Shown here: positions 31,090-43,917 of the stretch, one piece after another
How positions within the stretch are numbered: position 1 is the first letter of the stretch
Layout: each line of letters begins with the position of its first letter
Assembly (NCBI GenBank): GCA_020184695.1
Contig: JAANOX010000121.1
Location: 62,001-126,000, forward strand
DNA from: Histomonas meleagridis 2922-C6/04-290x
Lineage: Eukaryota > Protista > Parabasalia
Length of the DNA stretch: 64,000 bases
Reading direction: 5' to 3'
The notes under the pieces: generated by a model
What the model was told of the DNA's origin: nothing
The model's database searches: none
Seen by the model: only the letters and a program-made list of their open reading frames with translations
Program-made: the position numbers and the translations under genes

Positions 31090-31512
31090 TTAATTGCTTG
31101 GATCTGGGTCTGCCTTTGGTTTACGTTTTTTCGGATGTATTGTGGTATCTGAACCAATTGGCATGCCTGGTTCCCAACCTTGCATCCTTAATGCAATTTC
31201 TCCAAATCCTCCAACATGAACATTACTATTAATAGCATTTTGTGTTGGAACTGGTGGTGGTGGAGCAATCCCTTTTTGCCTTTGTTTCAGTAATGTTAAA
31301 AAACTACTCTCTTTTTCACCTTGTTGCACTACATTCCTTGTTGGTGCATGTTTAGCTTTGACTTTTTTCTTAAAAGATATCTTCGGTTCATTCTGTGTAG
31401 AATTTGAAATAGTGCTTTTTGGCTTTGTAAACATAGAGGAAACAGCTTGTTTTGGTGATTTTTCAACTTTTGGTTTCACTGGGATAACAAAAGAAACATT
31501 TTCTTCTGTCAT
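31090..31512 (-). CDS. G-patch protein (Spp2/MOS2-type)
   Basis: VGGFGEIALRMQGWEPGMPIG matches the G-patch pattern GFG.ALL.GMGW..G.GIG. Confidence 0.7.
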   Translation of the reverse strand: MTEENVSFVIPVKPKVEKSPKQAVSSMFTKPKSTISNSTQNEPKISFKKKVKAKHAPTRNVVQQGEKESSFLTLLKQRQKGIAPPPPVPTQNAINSNVHVGGFGEIALRMQGWEPGMPIGSDTTIHPKKRKPKADPDPSN

Positions 31513-31819
31513 TGTTAACAGACATTTAATACTTTTTGTAAAGTGCTTAAATCAAATTATTAACGTTCGCTTATAATTAAACAGCAAATTAACGATCAAT
31601 TTTTCGGTGTGATAACCAAGAATATTTAAAGGGATATCACATGATTTTTGAATTTTCTTACCAGAAATATATCTTACTTATGGTTTGTTGACTTAATGTA
31701 CCATTAAAATTTTAATGTTTGATTTTCATGTTAAATATTGAATTATTTTGATAATGTTCGATAAAATTTTTTATTGAATCATATAAAATTTTAATCAAAA
31801 ATTTAAAAAATATTTGGAT

Positions 31820-34538
31820 ATTTTGATTATCGACATCGATTTCTTTCTGTTCAAGAATTAATTTAACTATTTTTGTATATTCATTTTCAGATGCATAAGT
31901 AAGTGCAGTTTCTAATAATATATATTATTTCCAAATTTTATTTTGGAACAATAATTTAATGAAATAAAGATTATTTAATAATAATAAATATTTTTTACAT
32001 TAACATCAATGCCTTTTTGTTCAAGAAGTAATTTAACTAAGCCTATATTACAATTTATTGTTGCATAATATAATGCTGTGCCAAAAAATTCGAATATATT
32101 CCTAATATTATTTAAAATCGTCGAATTACATGAAAAAATATTAAACATAAGCAAAAAATATCTTTAGCATTAATATTAATTCCTTTTTTAGTAAGTAATA
32201 GTTTAACTATATTTGTTTTGCTTGAAAGAGATGCAATGATAAGTGCTGTTTCAAGATAAGCAAATAATTTCCAGATATTATATCGAAATTACAAATGATT
32301 GAATGTTGTATTATGAAATAAATTTAAATATTCTGAGAATTAATATCAATTTCTTCATGATTGAGAAGTAATTTTACTATTTTCGTATTACCTTTTCTGG
32401 ATGCATTAGAAAGTATTGTATTACATATTTAAAATAACATCCAAATATTATTTTGAAACCTCAAATTACTTAAATATATATTGATTAAAAATAAAAAATA
32501 TCTTTAGCATTAATATCAATTCCTTCTTGTTCAAGAAGTAATTTAACTATATCTATGTGGTATGTCTTAAATGCAATCATAAGTGTAGTTTCATATTATT
32601 TGATAAATTTCCATGCTTTGTTTAAAAATATCAAATTATAGAAATAAAAAAACAAATAATAAAAAGTATTATTTTTAATATTAATATCAAAACCTTTTTG
32701 TTTTAGAAGTAATTTAACTATATCTTTATGACCATTTTGAAATGCAACAACAAATGCTGTTTCAAATGATTTTATTAATTTCCTTATTTTATTTTAAAAT
32801 TTCATGACATTGAAAGAAACATTCAATAAAAAGAAATAAATATTTTGGGCATTAATATCAATTATTTCTTGTGTAAGAAGTAATTTAACTATTTCTATGT
32901 ATCCTTTTGAAGATGCATAAATAAGTGAGGTTCTAAATGTTTTGATTAAATTCCAAATGTTGAATTGAAATCATATATTAATGAAATAAATACTATATAT
33001 GATAAATAAATATGTTTTACATTGATATCAATACCTTGTTCAATAAGTAATTTCACTATATCTACATGACAATTTGCTGTTGCATAAAATATAGCCGAAC
33101 TAAAAAATTCGAATAACTTCCAAACATTATTTTTAAATACAAAAATCTTAATGTAAATTTCAAATAAAATGATTTAATATTTATAGCATTTATATTAATT
33201 CCCTTTTGTTTAAGAAGTAATTTCACAATTTCTATATTTCCATTCTTAGATGCATGATGAAGAGAAGTATTAAATAAAATGAAAAAATTCCAAACATTAT
33301 CTTAAAACATCAAATTATTAAACAAAAAATTAATAACAATTAAAAAATATCTTTAACATTAACATCAATTCTTTCATTTTCTAGAATTAATTTAACTATT
33401 TCTATGTTTCCTTCCTTAGATGCATAAATAAGTAATGTTTTAAGTATTCCAAAAAAATACCAAATATTATTAAAATATATCAAATTATTAAAATAAGTTT
33501 TATACATAATAAATTAATATCTTTAGCATTAATATCAATTCTTTTGTGTGCAAGAAACAATTTAAATATTTCTATATTTCCTTTCTCATATGCATTAATG
33601 AGAATTGGTTTAAACAATTTAAATAATTTCCAGATATCATTTTAAAATATTATAATATCGAAATAAATTTCTAATATAAATAATAAATATCTTTAAAATT
33701 AATATCTGTTTCTTCATGTTTAAGAAGTATTTTAACTGTTTCATTATTATCACTTTGGAATGCCAAAATAAATGCTGTATTAAATTTTTTAAATAATTTC
33801 CTAATATCGTTTTAAAATTTCAAAATATTAAAATAAAAATTAAATAAAACAAATAAATATCTTTAGCATTAATATCAATTCCTTCTTGTTCAAGGAGTAA
33901 TTGAACTATATCATTATTATCAACTATTGACGCATTTATGAGTGCTGTATGAAAAAATATGATTAATTACCATAAAATATTTTGAAACACGAAATTATTT
34001 TAACAAATATTAACTATTTCAAATAAATATCTTTATCATTTATATTAATTCCTTTAAGTTTAAGAAGCAATTCAACGATTCCTTTATTATTAATTAAAGA
34101 TGCTCTAATAAGTGCTGTATCTAATAATTTGAAAATTTTCCAAATTTTATTTTGAAATCCAATATTACGGAAATAAATCATCAATCAAACAATTGTACAA
34201 TTTCTTTGGCATTGATATCAATTCCTTTATATTCAAGAAGTAATTTTACTATTTCAATTCCATTCCAAGATGCGTTCAAAAGTGCAGTATTTTATTATTT
34301 AAATGCATTCCGAATACTATTTTCAAACATAAAATTTTTGAAGTAATATTTAAATATTACAAAGATATATCTCTAGCATTAATATTAATTCCTTCTTGTT
34401 TCAGAAGAAATTTAACAGCATCAATGGAATTTATTCTTGATGCAACTATAAGAGGAGTTTCAATTACTTAAAATAAAATCCAAATTTTTATTTGAAAACG
34501 CATTTTTAATAAATTTACATCAAAATTTAAAAAAATAC
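31820..34538 (-). repeat. Interrupted ankyrin array C: 16 cassettes (a further degenerate spacer to about 31731, no clear cap)
   Basis: Cassette starts at 34458, 34288, 34118, 33948, 33778, 33608, 33438, 33268, 33098, 32931, 32760, 32589, 32419, 32249, 32079 and 31909. All are stop-free. Confidence 0.93.
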
Positions 34539-35843
34539 ATTTCTAGCATTAATATCAAATCCTTTTTGTTCACGAATATATTCAATTAATTCCAAGTTTT
34601 TTGTTATAACAAATAACAAAATATTTTTTGGAATTTGATGTTCTTCCAAAAATTGTTTAACAAGATATAAATTTCCTCTTTTTGCTGCTTCATTAATGAT
34701 ATTATCATCAATTTTCATCCCATTATCCTTTAAATATGACATAAGTTCATAGTTATTATATTTAATAGTTTGCTTTGCTAATTTATTTAAATCATTAATT
34801 TTAATTAATTTGTTTTCATAAAGATATTTAAAAAGCTCATTTCTATGGAATTTAATTGCAATTTTATATGTAATAGATCTTGGTGGATGATCCTCATTAT
34901 TATTTCTTTCATAAATATATATATTAGTATTTTGAAATAAATCATTTAAATTGGAAATCATAGCCATAATAATTACATGATACACATCATTTGAATTAAA
35001 AGTACGGAATTCTTTATCCGAATTTTCATAAATTTCAAATGATAAATGATTTTGATTATATAAATGAATTATCTCTAAGTTACCGCCTGCAATTGCATAT
35101 TTACCTATATTTTCTAAACTTGCGCCATTCATAAGTAAATATTTAAAGCATTTAACTGATCCGAAGAATGCTGCATAATCAATTAACGTAACATCTTTTT
35201 TATTAATAAAATCACATCTCTCATAAAGTGATGGTTCAATTATTTGATTAAAATCAAAATCCATTTGTGATGATATTTCTTGAAGTTTTTCTATTTCATC
35301 ATTTCGAATCATTTTTGCAACTTCATTTGGATTATGTCCTTCTTTAATTAATTGTTTATGAAGTTCCCAATCGTTTTTTTTTAATGTTTCAATATTATTT
35401 AAAAATTTAGTATAAAATGGGGAATGACTCATGTCTTCAATTTCTTCTTGAGTCATAAGATGTGTAAAATATAAAGAATTTTTTCGAAAATTTGAATCAA
35501 TCAATTTTTCTTCAACCATTCTTAAGAGAATATAATTACTTTCTTGAGAATCGAAATCTAAAAGATAATTTTTAAATCCTATTATGACTTGATGTTGTTT
35601 TTTACATATTTCTTCTTCCTTTATTTCAAGATTTTTTAAGTAACATAAATATAATGAAAGGTCTCGCTTTGGTTGTAAGCTATAATAATATATTAATTCA
35701 TAAATAAGAAGATGAAATGAAAATGGATATTTTTCATCAAAAAATTTGAGTGTCCAAAATACCGACACTTCAATATTTTGACTATCTATATTGGATATTA
35801 TATATTCTACAGATTGTAAGATATCTCTTTCTTCAGATTTCAT
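34527..35843 (-). CDS. DUF3447-ankyrin protein, head of array C; stops four codons into the first spacer
   Basis: ATG at 35843 (MKSEERDIL); DUF3447 motifs; ends ...KGFDINARN-VFF-TAA. Confidence 0.87.
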   Translation of the reverse strand: MKSEERDILQSVEYIISNIDSQNIEVSVFWTLKFFDEKYPFSFHLLIYELIYYYSLQPKRDLSLYLCYLKNLEIKEEEICKKQHQVIIGFKNYLLDFDSQESNYILLRMVEEKLIDSNFRKNSLYFTHLMTQEEIEDMSHSPFYTKFLNNIETLKKNDWELHKQLIKEGHNPNEVAKMIRNDEIEKLQEISSQMDFDFNQIIEPSLYERCDFINKKDVTLIDYAAFFGSVKCFKYLLMNGASLENIGKYAIAGGNLEIIHLYNQNHLSFEIYENSDKEFRTFNSNDVYHVIIMAMISNLNDLFQNTNIYIYERNNNEDHPPRSITYKIAIKFHRNELFKYLYENKLIKINDLNKLAKQTIKYNNYELMSYLKDNGMKIDDNIINEAAKRGNLYLVKQFLEEHQIPKNILLFVITKNLELIEYIREQKGFDINARNVFF

Positions 35844-36298
35844 GCTACCTGAACTCAAAAAAAAAAGATTCAATGTAACCGCTCTGTTTGATTTAACTAT
35901 TTATTTTTTGAATGTATGGAAAAAACACATGTCACTTTTTTCTCAGAAAATCACCAAATTCAGTTATGACACCGTTTACTTATCATTATTTTTACTGAAA
36001 AATCAGAAATATGGACTAATTGTTGTTGCTGTTTATTTTTGATATCATTACTCAAACCTCCACTTGAAATCAATTGTAATTTTTTTAGACTAAAGTACAT
36101 CTTTAACTTTTTTTATATCTTCTGTTTTTTCCATTGGAAATGACAAACGGGTCGGGCTAATAACCGCTGGGGAATTGAATACATGGTAAACAATTTTTGC
36201 GGCTTAACACAAATTTTGAGAAGCCAAAGCACGTTTATCTCTTCTCGACGGTTTTCTGTCATTGGATCTTGAAAAAACATTTTTATTCTAAAACATTT

Positions 36299-38167
36299 TT
36301 ATTGGAAGTACATATTTTTTATATCGTCATCTTCAAATTTTATTTTACAAATTGGACATAAGTGATTTGATTCCTCAACACATCTTCTACAGAACGGGTG
36401 GAAACATGTTTTTAAGATTACGTTTCTCTCATTACACCTACATATTGGACAAATTGTAATATCTTCATCAGCAGAAACATCACAACTTTCAATAAATTGT
36501 TCTTTAATTCTTTCTTCTTCAACTTTTTCTATTTCCAATTTTATTTGTGCTTCTTCTTCAATCAGCTTTGCGTTTTCTGCAATTATTTCGTTGACTTCTT
36601 TTTCTAATTCCGAAATTTCTTCGTTGAAATTTTCGCTATTAACGAAAGGTTCGAATTCCAAAACAATTTCATTCTGATTATTGATTAATGTTATTAACAA
36701 ATTTGTAGTTTTATTTAACTTATTACACCAATCATTAATTTTATCAATTTGCATAAGATCAAGAACATTATATAAAGTTTTCTCATATTTGGTAAGTTCT
36801 TCAAATTCTTTTTGACGACGCATTAAAATTTCTTCATCTTTACAATGTTCAATTATTGTTTGAAATAATTCTTTTTCAAGTTTTATGTTTGTTTTGATTG
36901 TGTTAATTGATGTTTCACATAATTTCGTGATCGATTTACGTAATTCGCGATATTCTATGAATGACTTTAAATGACTTTGTAATGTTTCTTGTGTTGTTGG
37001 ATCAGTTGAAGAAGAAATTAATTTTTTAAAATGTTCTTCGATTTCAGTATCAAGTTCATCTGTTTTCTCTTTTGTTGAATCAATTTGAAGATTTTCAATA
37101 TCAAAATTAAAACTATCTATAAATGTTTTGTTCTTTTTAATTAGCTCATTGATTTTTTCTTTTCGATTAGAAATTTGTGTTTGAAGTTCTTCATTTGTTT
37201 TCTTAATTTGATTAAGAGATTGTTGATGATTATTTGTAATATTATTTAAATTGTTTTTTGCTTTATCTATCTCTGATATACAATATGGAATAACATGTTG
37301 TGTTGTTCGAATGGAATTCAGTGATGTAATTAAGAATTTACAATTTTCTTTAATCATTTTATAATAAGGAGAATTGTAAAAATTATTAGGATCACAATCA
37401 GTATATTGGAAATTTCGTATTTTGGTTTTTTGTAGTTGAGATATTTCTTTTTTAAGTGAATGAATGCTTTTAAGACGATGAATTATCATTGAAAAAATTG
37501 AACGATTTTTGACGGTTTCATCGTCCGTTGATTCAACATCAAATTTTAGCTCTCGATTAATCCATTCCTCGAAATCAGGAGATAACTCTTCTTTTGCGAG
37601 TTCTCTGTCTTCTGTCGCAAAAGAAAGATTGATGATTTTAGGCTGGGAAGTGGTTTGATGTTGCTCTTGAATTCTTTTGATGTCGGTTTCAAGTTTTTGT
37701 TTTTGCTCTTTTAAGAAAACAGCAAAATCTGCTGTGTTCTTCTGGGGATTGTTCGGAGGATTATCAATACTTGTTAAATTTACAATGGACTTCTGTATTT
37801 GTGTTTGAACAGAACGAATATGATTTGCTATTGCATCTGTTTCACGAGGGTCACCTGAAGCTAAGTTAAAATTAGGTTTAATACATGAATCTATAAAATT
37901 ATAAATTTGTTGTGGGCTGGTATTTCCAAATAAATATTCAGAAAGCAATAAATCAAAGGCAAGGGATTCACTCAAGCGCATAGCGTTGAATATTTCCTTG
38001 CAAATTAACATGAATTTTTTTCTATTTTGATTAATGGAATATTCTAAATGTTTGATATTGAACGCTAAATTTTGTGAAAAATCTTCTTGAGGTTGTGGAG
38101 TTTCGGTGTTTAATTTTTTTGGTGGTATTTCATCGTGAACAGGTAAATCCTCAGAAGGCACCGACAT
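36299..38167 (-). CDS. Coiled-coil protein with C-terminal RING (BRE1-like E3 ligase)
   Basis: Long coiled coil, then CPIC...ILKTCFHPFCRRC...CPICKIKFEDDDIKNMYF, as in the Bre1 C-terminus. Confidence 0.75.
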   Translation of the reverse strand: MSVPSEDLPVHDEIPPKKLNTETPQPQEDFSQNLAFNIKHLEYSINQNRKKFMLICKEIFNAMRLSESLAFDLLLSEYLFGNTSPQQIYNFIDSCIKPNFNLASGDPRETDAIANHIRSVQTQIQKSIVNLTSIDNPPNNPQKNTADFAVFLKEQKQKLETDIKRIQEQHQTTSQPKIINLSFATEDRELAKEELSPDFEEWINRELKFDVESTDDETVKNRSIFSMIIHRLKSIHSLKKEISQLQKTKIRNFQYTDCDPNNFYNSPYYKMIKENCKFLITSLNSIRTTQHVIPYCISEIDKAKNNLNNITNNHQQSLNQIKKTNEELQTQISNRKEKINELIKKNKTFIDSFNFDIENLQIDSTKEKTDELDTEIEEHFKKLISSSTDPTTQETLQSHLKSFIEYRELRKSITKLCETSINTIKTNIKLEKELFQTIIEHCKDEEILMRRQKEFEELTKYEKTLYNVLDLMQIDKINDWCNKLNKTTNLLITLINNQNEIVLEFEPFVNSENFNEEISELEKEVNEIIAENAKLIEEEAQIKLEIEKVEEERIKEQFIESCDVSADEDITICPICRCNERNVILKTCFHPFCRRCVEESNHLCPICKIKFEDDDIKNMYFQ

Positions 38168-38977
38168 TTAGCACTTTTTGTAAACTTTATATGAATGAAG
38201 AACTTTGGGATTCCGAGAATTTTTTAAGCTAACTATTGTTATGCAAGAAACAGAATATATTTGGTTATCAAGTCAACGCAAAAATAGATGTGCAGTCATT
38301 ACTTTTGATGTAAATCGTTATAACGAATTTGATGAAATCCATTTGGAAAAAATAAGATATTCACACCTAACCCCCCCAAAAAAAAGAAATAAAAATATTT
38401 AAGCATTTCAGAAATAAACATTTTTATAAGTTTTTCTTTATTGCATGAAATAATTGCAAGTTGACCAGAATTAACAATGATTTTGAGAACTTTAACGTAC
38501 TTGCATTGAATCCACAGCGTTCACCTTTATCAAAAAGTTATATATAAAAAAGTAAATTTACTTTTTCAGTATTTTTTAATCGTATAATGATAGAAGAAAA
38601 TCACCAAAAAGTCATGAATCTTAGTGAATTTTGCGAAATAAATCTCAAGTGAACCCATCATTAATATTTTTATAAGGCATATGGTGATATTGATTTAATT
38701 TTGTTTAGATCTCTTAGTGATGAACATATTCTAAAGTTTTTTTCATCAAGGTTTTTTAAGATGATTAACATTACACATGGTAATCATAATTAATAAGTTT
38801 CTAAACATGTTTTTCTCTTAAATATTTGAAAATAAGATTTTATTTTTATAAAATGCTGATTCCCTCTCAAATTTTATCAATACTTTTTGAAAAGCTTTCA
38901 ATTTTATGGCACTTTTGTTAACATACAAAAAACGATCGCTCAAAATTGTACAAAAAACCAAAGATTTAGTCCGCCAA

Positions 38978-40240
38978 ATGTCTTTTCTCAACTCAGCTAA
39001 CATGAAACAACTTTTAGAACAGCTCGCTTCTGAGTATGAACTCCTTGTCAATAATCGAACTAAACTTGAAAATGATTGCAATAGATTAAAGGATTATATT
39101 GATTCACAAGTAACACAAATCCAATCATTAAACAACGATTTTGAAAAGCTAAGACAAGATTTTATTCAGAAAGGTGGAGAGCAACTTTTAAAGCAATCAG
39201 GAGAAACATCAGATCATCAAAATGAAGAAGAGCAAACAACCCAAGATTGGGAGCTGACAACTCTTGCACCACCCAAGAGTATTAGAAAACCATACATCAT
39301 ATCATTGATTGCTGAAATTCTTGATGTTTCCGTTATTTGTTCAACAGCCTTTAGCCCTGATGGAACTTACATAGCAATTGGTTCTGACAAAGCCATCCGT
39401 GTGTATGACATAGAAAAAGATACATTTCAATTCCAAGAGACAATAGAAAACGAAACTGAAGTCAGTCATATCCGATCTATCTCATGGGCAGGCAATGACA
39501 CTGTTGTCAGTTGTGGTGAAGATGGTCATATTCGTGTTTATCAAATTATCGAAAATAAGTTACTCAAAGATTTTGTTGCAGCCGAAGGTGGAGTTTTCCA
39601 AGTTCAAGTAACAAATGACAATAAATTTATTGCAGCACTTACCAATGATGGGTCACTTGTCTTATTCTCCATGGAAGATTTTTCCGAAATTTCTCGAATG
39701 AAAAAGCCCACAAACGAAGGTGAAGAAGAAGCTATAGCTGTATCAATGACTATTTCACCAGACGACAAAATTATTGCAGTTAGTTATAACGATTTCAGTT
39801 TAGTTCTTTGGGACAAAGAAAAAAAGGAAATTTTGACATCAAAAAAGTGCCACGACGATAGCATTCAATCTATCGTTTTCATTCCAAACTCGAATCGAAT
39901 AGCGACTGGTTCTCTTGATTGTACCATCAAAATCTGGGAGGTCCAACAAGAAGAAGGCAAGTTTGAACTTGAGTTATATAAGCTCATTAAAGGGCATGAT
40001 GACTTTGTCTTATCATTAGCTGTTGATAACAAAGGAGAATGGCTGCTAAGTGGATCAAAGGATATGACAGCGCGATTAATCGATTTGAGTAATTGCCAAA
40101 TGATTTATGGAATTAAAGGACATACAAATTCAGTGATATCTGTTGGGTTTAATAAGTCAAGTTCATTGTTTTGTACAGGCTCCGGCGATAGGTCAGTGAA
40201 AATATGGTCATTCAACCCAGAAGAGACAGAAGAAATTTGA
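38978..40240 (+). CDS. TUP1: Tup1-like WD40 transcriptional corepressor
   Basis: ATG at 38978; N-terminal coiled coil LLEQLASEY...YIDSQVTQIQSL; GHDDFVLSLA...LLSGSKD...GHTNSVISV...FCTGSGDRSVKIW. Confidence 0.82.
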   Translation: MSFLNSANMKQLLEQLASEYELLVNNRTKLENDCNRLKDYIDSQVTQIQSLNNDFEKLRQDFIQKGGEQLLKQSGETSDHQNEEEQTTQDWELTTLAPPKSIRKPYIISLIAEILDVSVICSTAFSPDGTYIAIGSDKAIRVYDIEKDTFQFQETIENETEVSHIRSISWAGNDTVVSCGEDGHIRVYQIIENKLLKDFVAAEGGVFQVQVTNDNKFIAALTNDGSLVLFSMEDFSEISRMKKPTNEGEEEAIAVSMTISPDDKIIAVSYNDFSLVLWDKEKKEILTSKKCHDDSIQSIVFIPNSNRIATGSLDCTIKIWEVQQEEGKFELELYKLIKGHDDFVLSLAVDNKGEWLLSGSKDMTARLIDLSNCQMIYGIKGHTNSVISVGFNKSSSLFCTGSGDRSVKIWSFNPEETEEI

Positions 40241-40719
40241 TATGTATACAAACTTTCATAAAGCATATGCTAATTTTGTGATGTTTTTGTATAGAATGGG
40301 ATAAATAGTCATTAATAACAAAAATTTTGTTTGATCGAAAGTGTTCAGGTGAACATGTGAAAGACGGAGAGAAACAAATAAATTCATTGCAATGCTTAAT
40401 GCAACAAATAAAAATTATTAAATAGAAATTCACAAGTGAGAATAAACAAATATAATTGAACATAAATGTCACACTGAGTGGAACTAGAGCCGAGATCTCT
40501 GGTTATAATAAATTGCAAATCGTTGCAATATTTATAAAATATTCTAAATAAACAAGATCTAAAATTGGCAGGTTTGCTCACAGTTGCCTATTTTGCGTTA
40601 AATTAGTAAGTTCTTTATTGAAAACTATTTCATGTCATGACATTTTTTTCGAAAAAATTTCATACAACATTATTGAAAAGAATACTCAGCAAAACAAAAA
40701 AATACTTCAAGAATTGGCA

Positions 40720-43700
40720 TTATTTTTTATTTAATTCGTCACGAAGCAACCCCACAATTTCTGTGTGGTTTTTTTGAGATGCCCAAAAAAGTGCTGTTTT
40801 AAATAATTAAAATAATTTCCAATGATTATTTTAAAATATCAAATAAATGGAATAGAATTTGATAAAAGTAAATAAATATCATTAGCTTTAACATCAATTC
40901 CTTTTCGTCCAAGAAGTAATTTAACAATTTCTGTGTGACCTTTTTTAGATGCCCAAACAAGTGCTGTTTTAAATAATTTGAATAATTTCCAATGATGATT
41001 TTGAAATATTAAATGATTAAAATATGCATTGATGAAAGAAAATAAATGTCTTTGGCATTTAAATCAATTCCTTTTCGTTCAATAAGTAATTTCACAACTT
41101 CTATCTGACCTTCTTTAGATGCCCAAACAAGTGCTGCTTTAAGTAATTTAAATAATTTCCAAAAATGATTTTGAAATTTTAAATGATTAAAATAAACTTT
41201 AACGAAAACAAATAAACATCTTTAGCATTTACTTCAATTTTTTTTTGTTCAAGAAGTAATTTCACAATTTCTATATAACCTTTTTTAGATGCCCATAAAA
41301 GTGCTGTATAAAATAATTTAAATAATTTCCAATGATGATTTTGAAATATTAAATGATTAAAATAAGCATTAATGAAAGAAAATAAACATCGCTGGAATTG
41401 GTATCAATTCTTTTTTGTCCAAGAAGTAATTTAACAATTTCGATATGACCTTCTTTAGATACCCAAATAAGTGATGTACAAAATAATTTGAATAATTTCC
41501 AATGATGATTTTGAAATATAAAATTACTGAAATAAACTCTAACAAAAACAAATAAACATCCTTCACATTGATATCAATTCCTTTTTGTTCAAGAAGTAAT
41601 TTAACAATTTCTGTGCGACCTTCTTTAGATGCCAAAATAAGTGATGTATAAAATAATTTGAATAATTTCCAATAATGATTTTGAGATTATAATTGATTGA
41701 AAGAAACTTTAATTAAAGAAAATAAACATCTCTGGCATTTAAATCAGTTCCTTTTTGTCCAAGAAGTAATTTCACAATTTCTGTGTTACCTTTTTTAGAT
41801 GCCAAAATAAGTAATGTATTAAATAAATTGAATAAATTTCAATGATGATTTAGATATTTTAAATTACTGAAATAAACTCTAACAAAAACAAATAAACATC
41901 TTTCACTTTGACGTCAATTCCTTTTTGTCCAAGAAGTAATTTAACAATTTCTGTGTCATCTATTTCAAGTGCCCATAAAAGTGCTGTATAAAATAATTTA
42001 AATAATTTCCAATGATGGTTTTGAGATTTCATATGATTGAAAGAAATATTGATGAAAATGAATTAACATCTTTTGCATTGATATCAATTCCTTTTTGTTC
42101 AAGAAGTAATTTAACAATTTCTATGCGACCTTCTTTAGATGCACAAATAAGTGCTGTATAAAATAATTTAAATAATTTCCAATGATGATTTTGAGATTTC
42201 ATATGATTGAATTAAATAGTGATGAAAACAAATATACAGTTTTAGAATTGATATTAATTCCTTCTTGTTCGAGAAGTAATTTAACAATTTCTGTGTCATT
42301 TTTGGAAGATGCCAAAATAAGTGCTGTATTAAATAATTTGAATAATTTCCAAAAATGATTTTGAAATATAAAATTACTGAAATAAACTTTAATGAAAACA
42401 GATAAACATCTTTGGCATTGATATCAATTCCTTTTTGTTCAAGAAGTAATTTAAATATTTCTATATGATTTTCCGCATATGCACAAATAAGTGGCGTTTT
42501 AAATAATTTGAATATTTTCCAAAAATGATTTTGAGATTTCAAATGATTGAGATAAATATTGATGAAAACATATAAACATCCATAGTATTGATTTTAATTC
42601 CTTTTTGTTCAAGAAGTAATTTCACAATTTCTATGTGACCTAGTTCAGATGCACAAGCAAGTGCTGTATAAAATAATTTGAATATATTCCAATGATGATT
42701 TTGAAACATAAAATAATCAAAATAAACATCGATGAAAGAAAACAAATACATATAGCATTGATATCAATTCCTTCTTGTTCAAGAAGCAATTTCACAATTT
42801 CTATGCGATTATTCCAAGATGCCCAAAATAGTAATGTACTAAATATTATGAATAATTTCCAATGATGATTTTGAAACATTAAATTATTGAAATAAACCTC
42901 GAAGAAAACAAAAAAGCATTTTTATCATCAATTCCTTCTTGTTTAAAATTTACATCAATTTTTATTTCATCTATAGATTCACTAATAAGTGGGACTTTTA
43001 ATTATTTTAATAAACCCCAAAGATAATTTTGATATTTTAAATGATTGAAAGAAACTTTAATGAAAGCAAATAAACAGTTTTTGCGTTGACATCAATTCCT
43101 TCTTGTTCAAGAAGTAATTTCACAATTTCTATGTGATTATTCCAAGATGCCCAAAAAAGTGCTGTTCGAAACAATTTAAATAATTTCCAATAATGATTTT
43201 GAGACCAAAAATGATTGAAAGAAATATTGATGAAAATAAATTAACATCTTTTGCATTGATATCAGTTCCTCCTTGTTTAAGAAGTAATTTAACTATTTCT
43301 ATATAACCATTTGCAGATGCCAACATAAGTGCTGTATAAAATAATTTTAATAATTTCCAAATATTATTTTGAAATATAAAATTATTAAAATAAACATTAA
43401 ATAAAATAAATATATATTTTTAGCATTAATATCAATTCCTTCTTGTTCAAGAAGTAATTTAACTATTTCTGTATTATTATTTCTAACTGCTATATGAAGT
43501 GCTGTATAAAATAATTCAAATAATTTCCAATTATGATTTTGAAATATAATATTACTGAAATTCACTTTAACGAAAACAAATAAACATCTCTCATATTGAT
43601 ACCGATTTCTTTTTGTTCAAGAAGTAATTTCACAATTTCTATGTGACCTTTTTTAGATGCCAAAATAAGTAATGTATTAAATTATTTGAATAAATTCCAA

Positions 43701-43917
43701 TGATGATTTTGAAAATTCGTATGATTAAAATAAACTTTAACGATAGCAAATAAACATCTTTCACATTGACGTCAATTCCTTTTTGTCCGAGAAGTAATTT
43801 AACAGTTCTTGTTTGACCTGTTTCAGATGCCTTGATAAGTGCTGCAATCAATGATTTAAATAAACTGCAATTATGATTTTGAAATACGAAATAAACGAAA
43901 TATACATTGATATTGAC
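40720..43917 (-). repeat. Interrupted ankyrin array D: 19 cassettes, ending in capping repeat TALFWASQKNHTEIVGLLRDELNKK-stop
   Basis: Cassette starts at 43845, 43675, 43505, 43335, 43165 and 42995 (degenerate, 26 aa), then 42837 and every 170 nt down to 40797. All are stop-free. Confidence 0.95.

Noticed and set aside
18859-43917. CRISPR array interpretation of the repeat-spacer pattern
   Set aside because: Eukaryotic context with no cas genes; units are 150-173 nt; the conserved part encodes ankyrin and the spacers are homologous to each other.
40720-43917. Pure centromere-like 170-bp satellite
   Set aside because: The period is suggestive, but stop-free cassettes, codon-multiple indels in the cassettes and terminal caps argue for protein-level constraint. 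Retained only as the null model.
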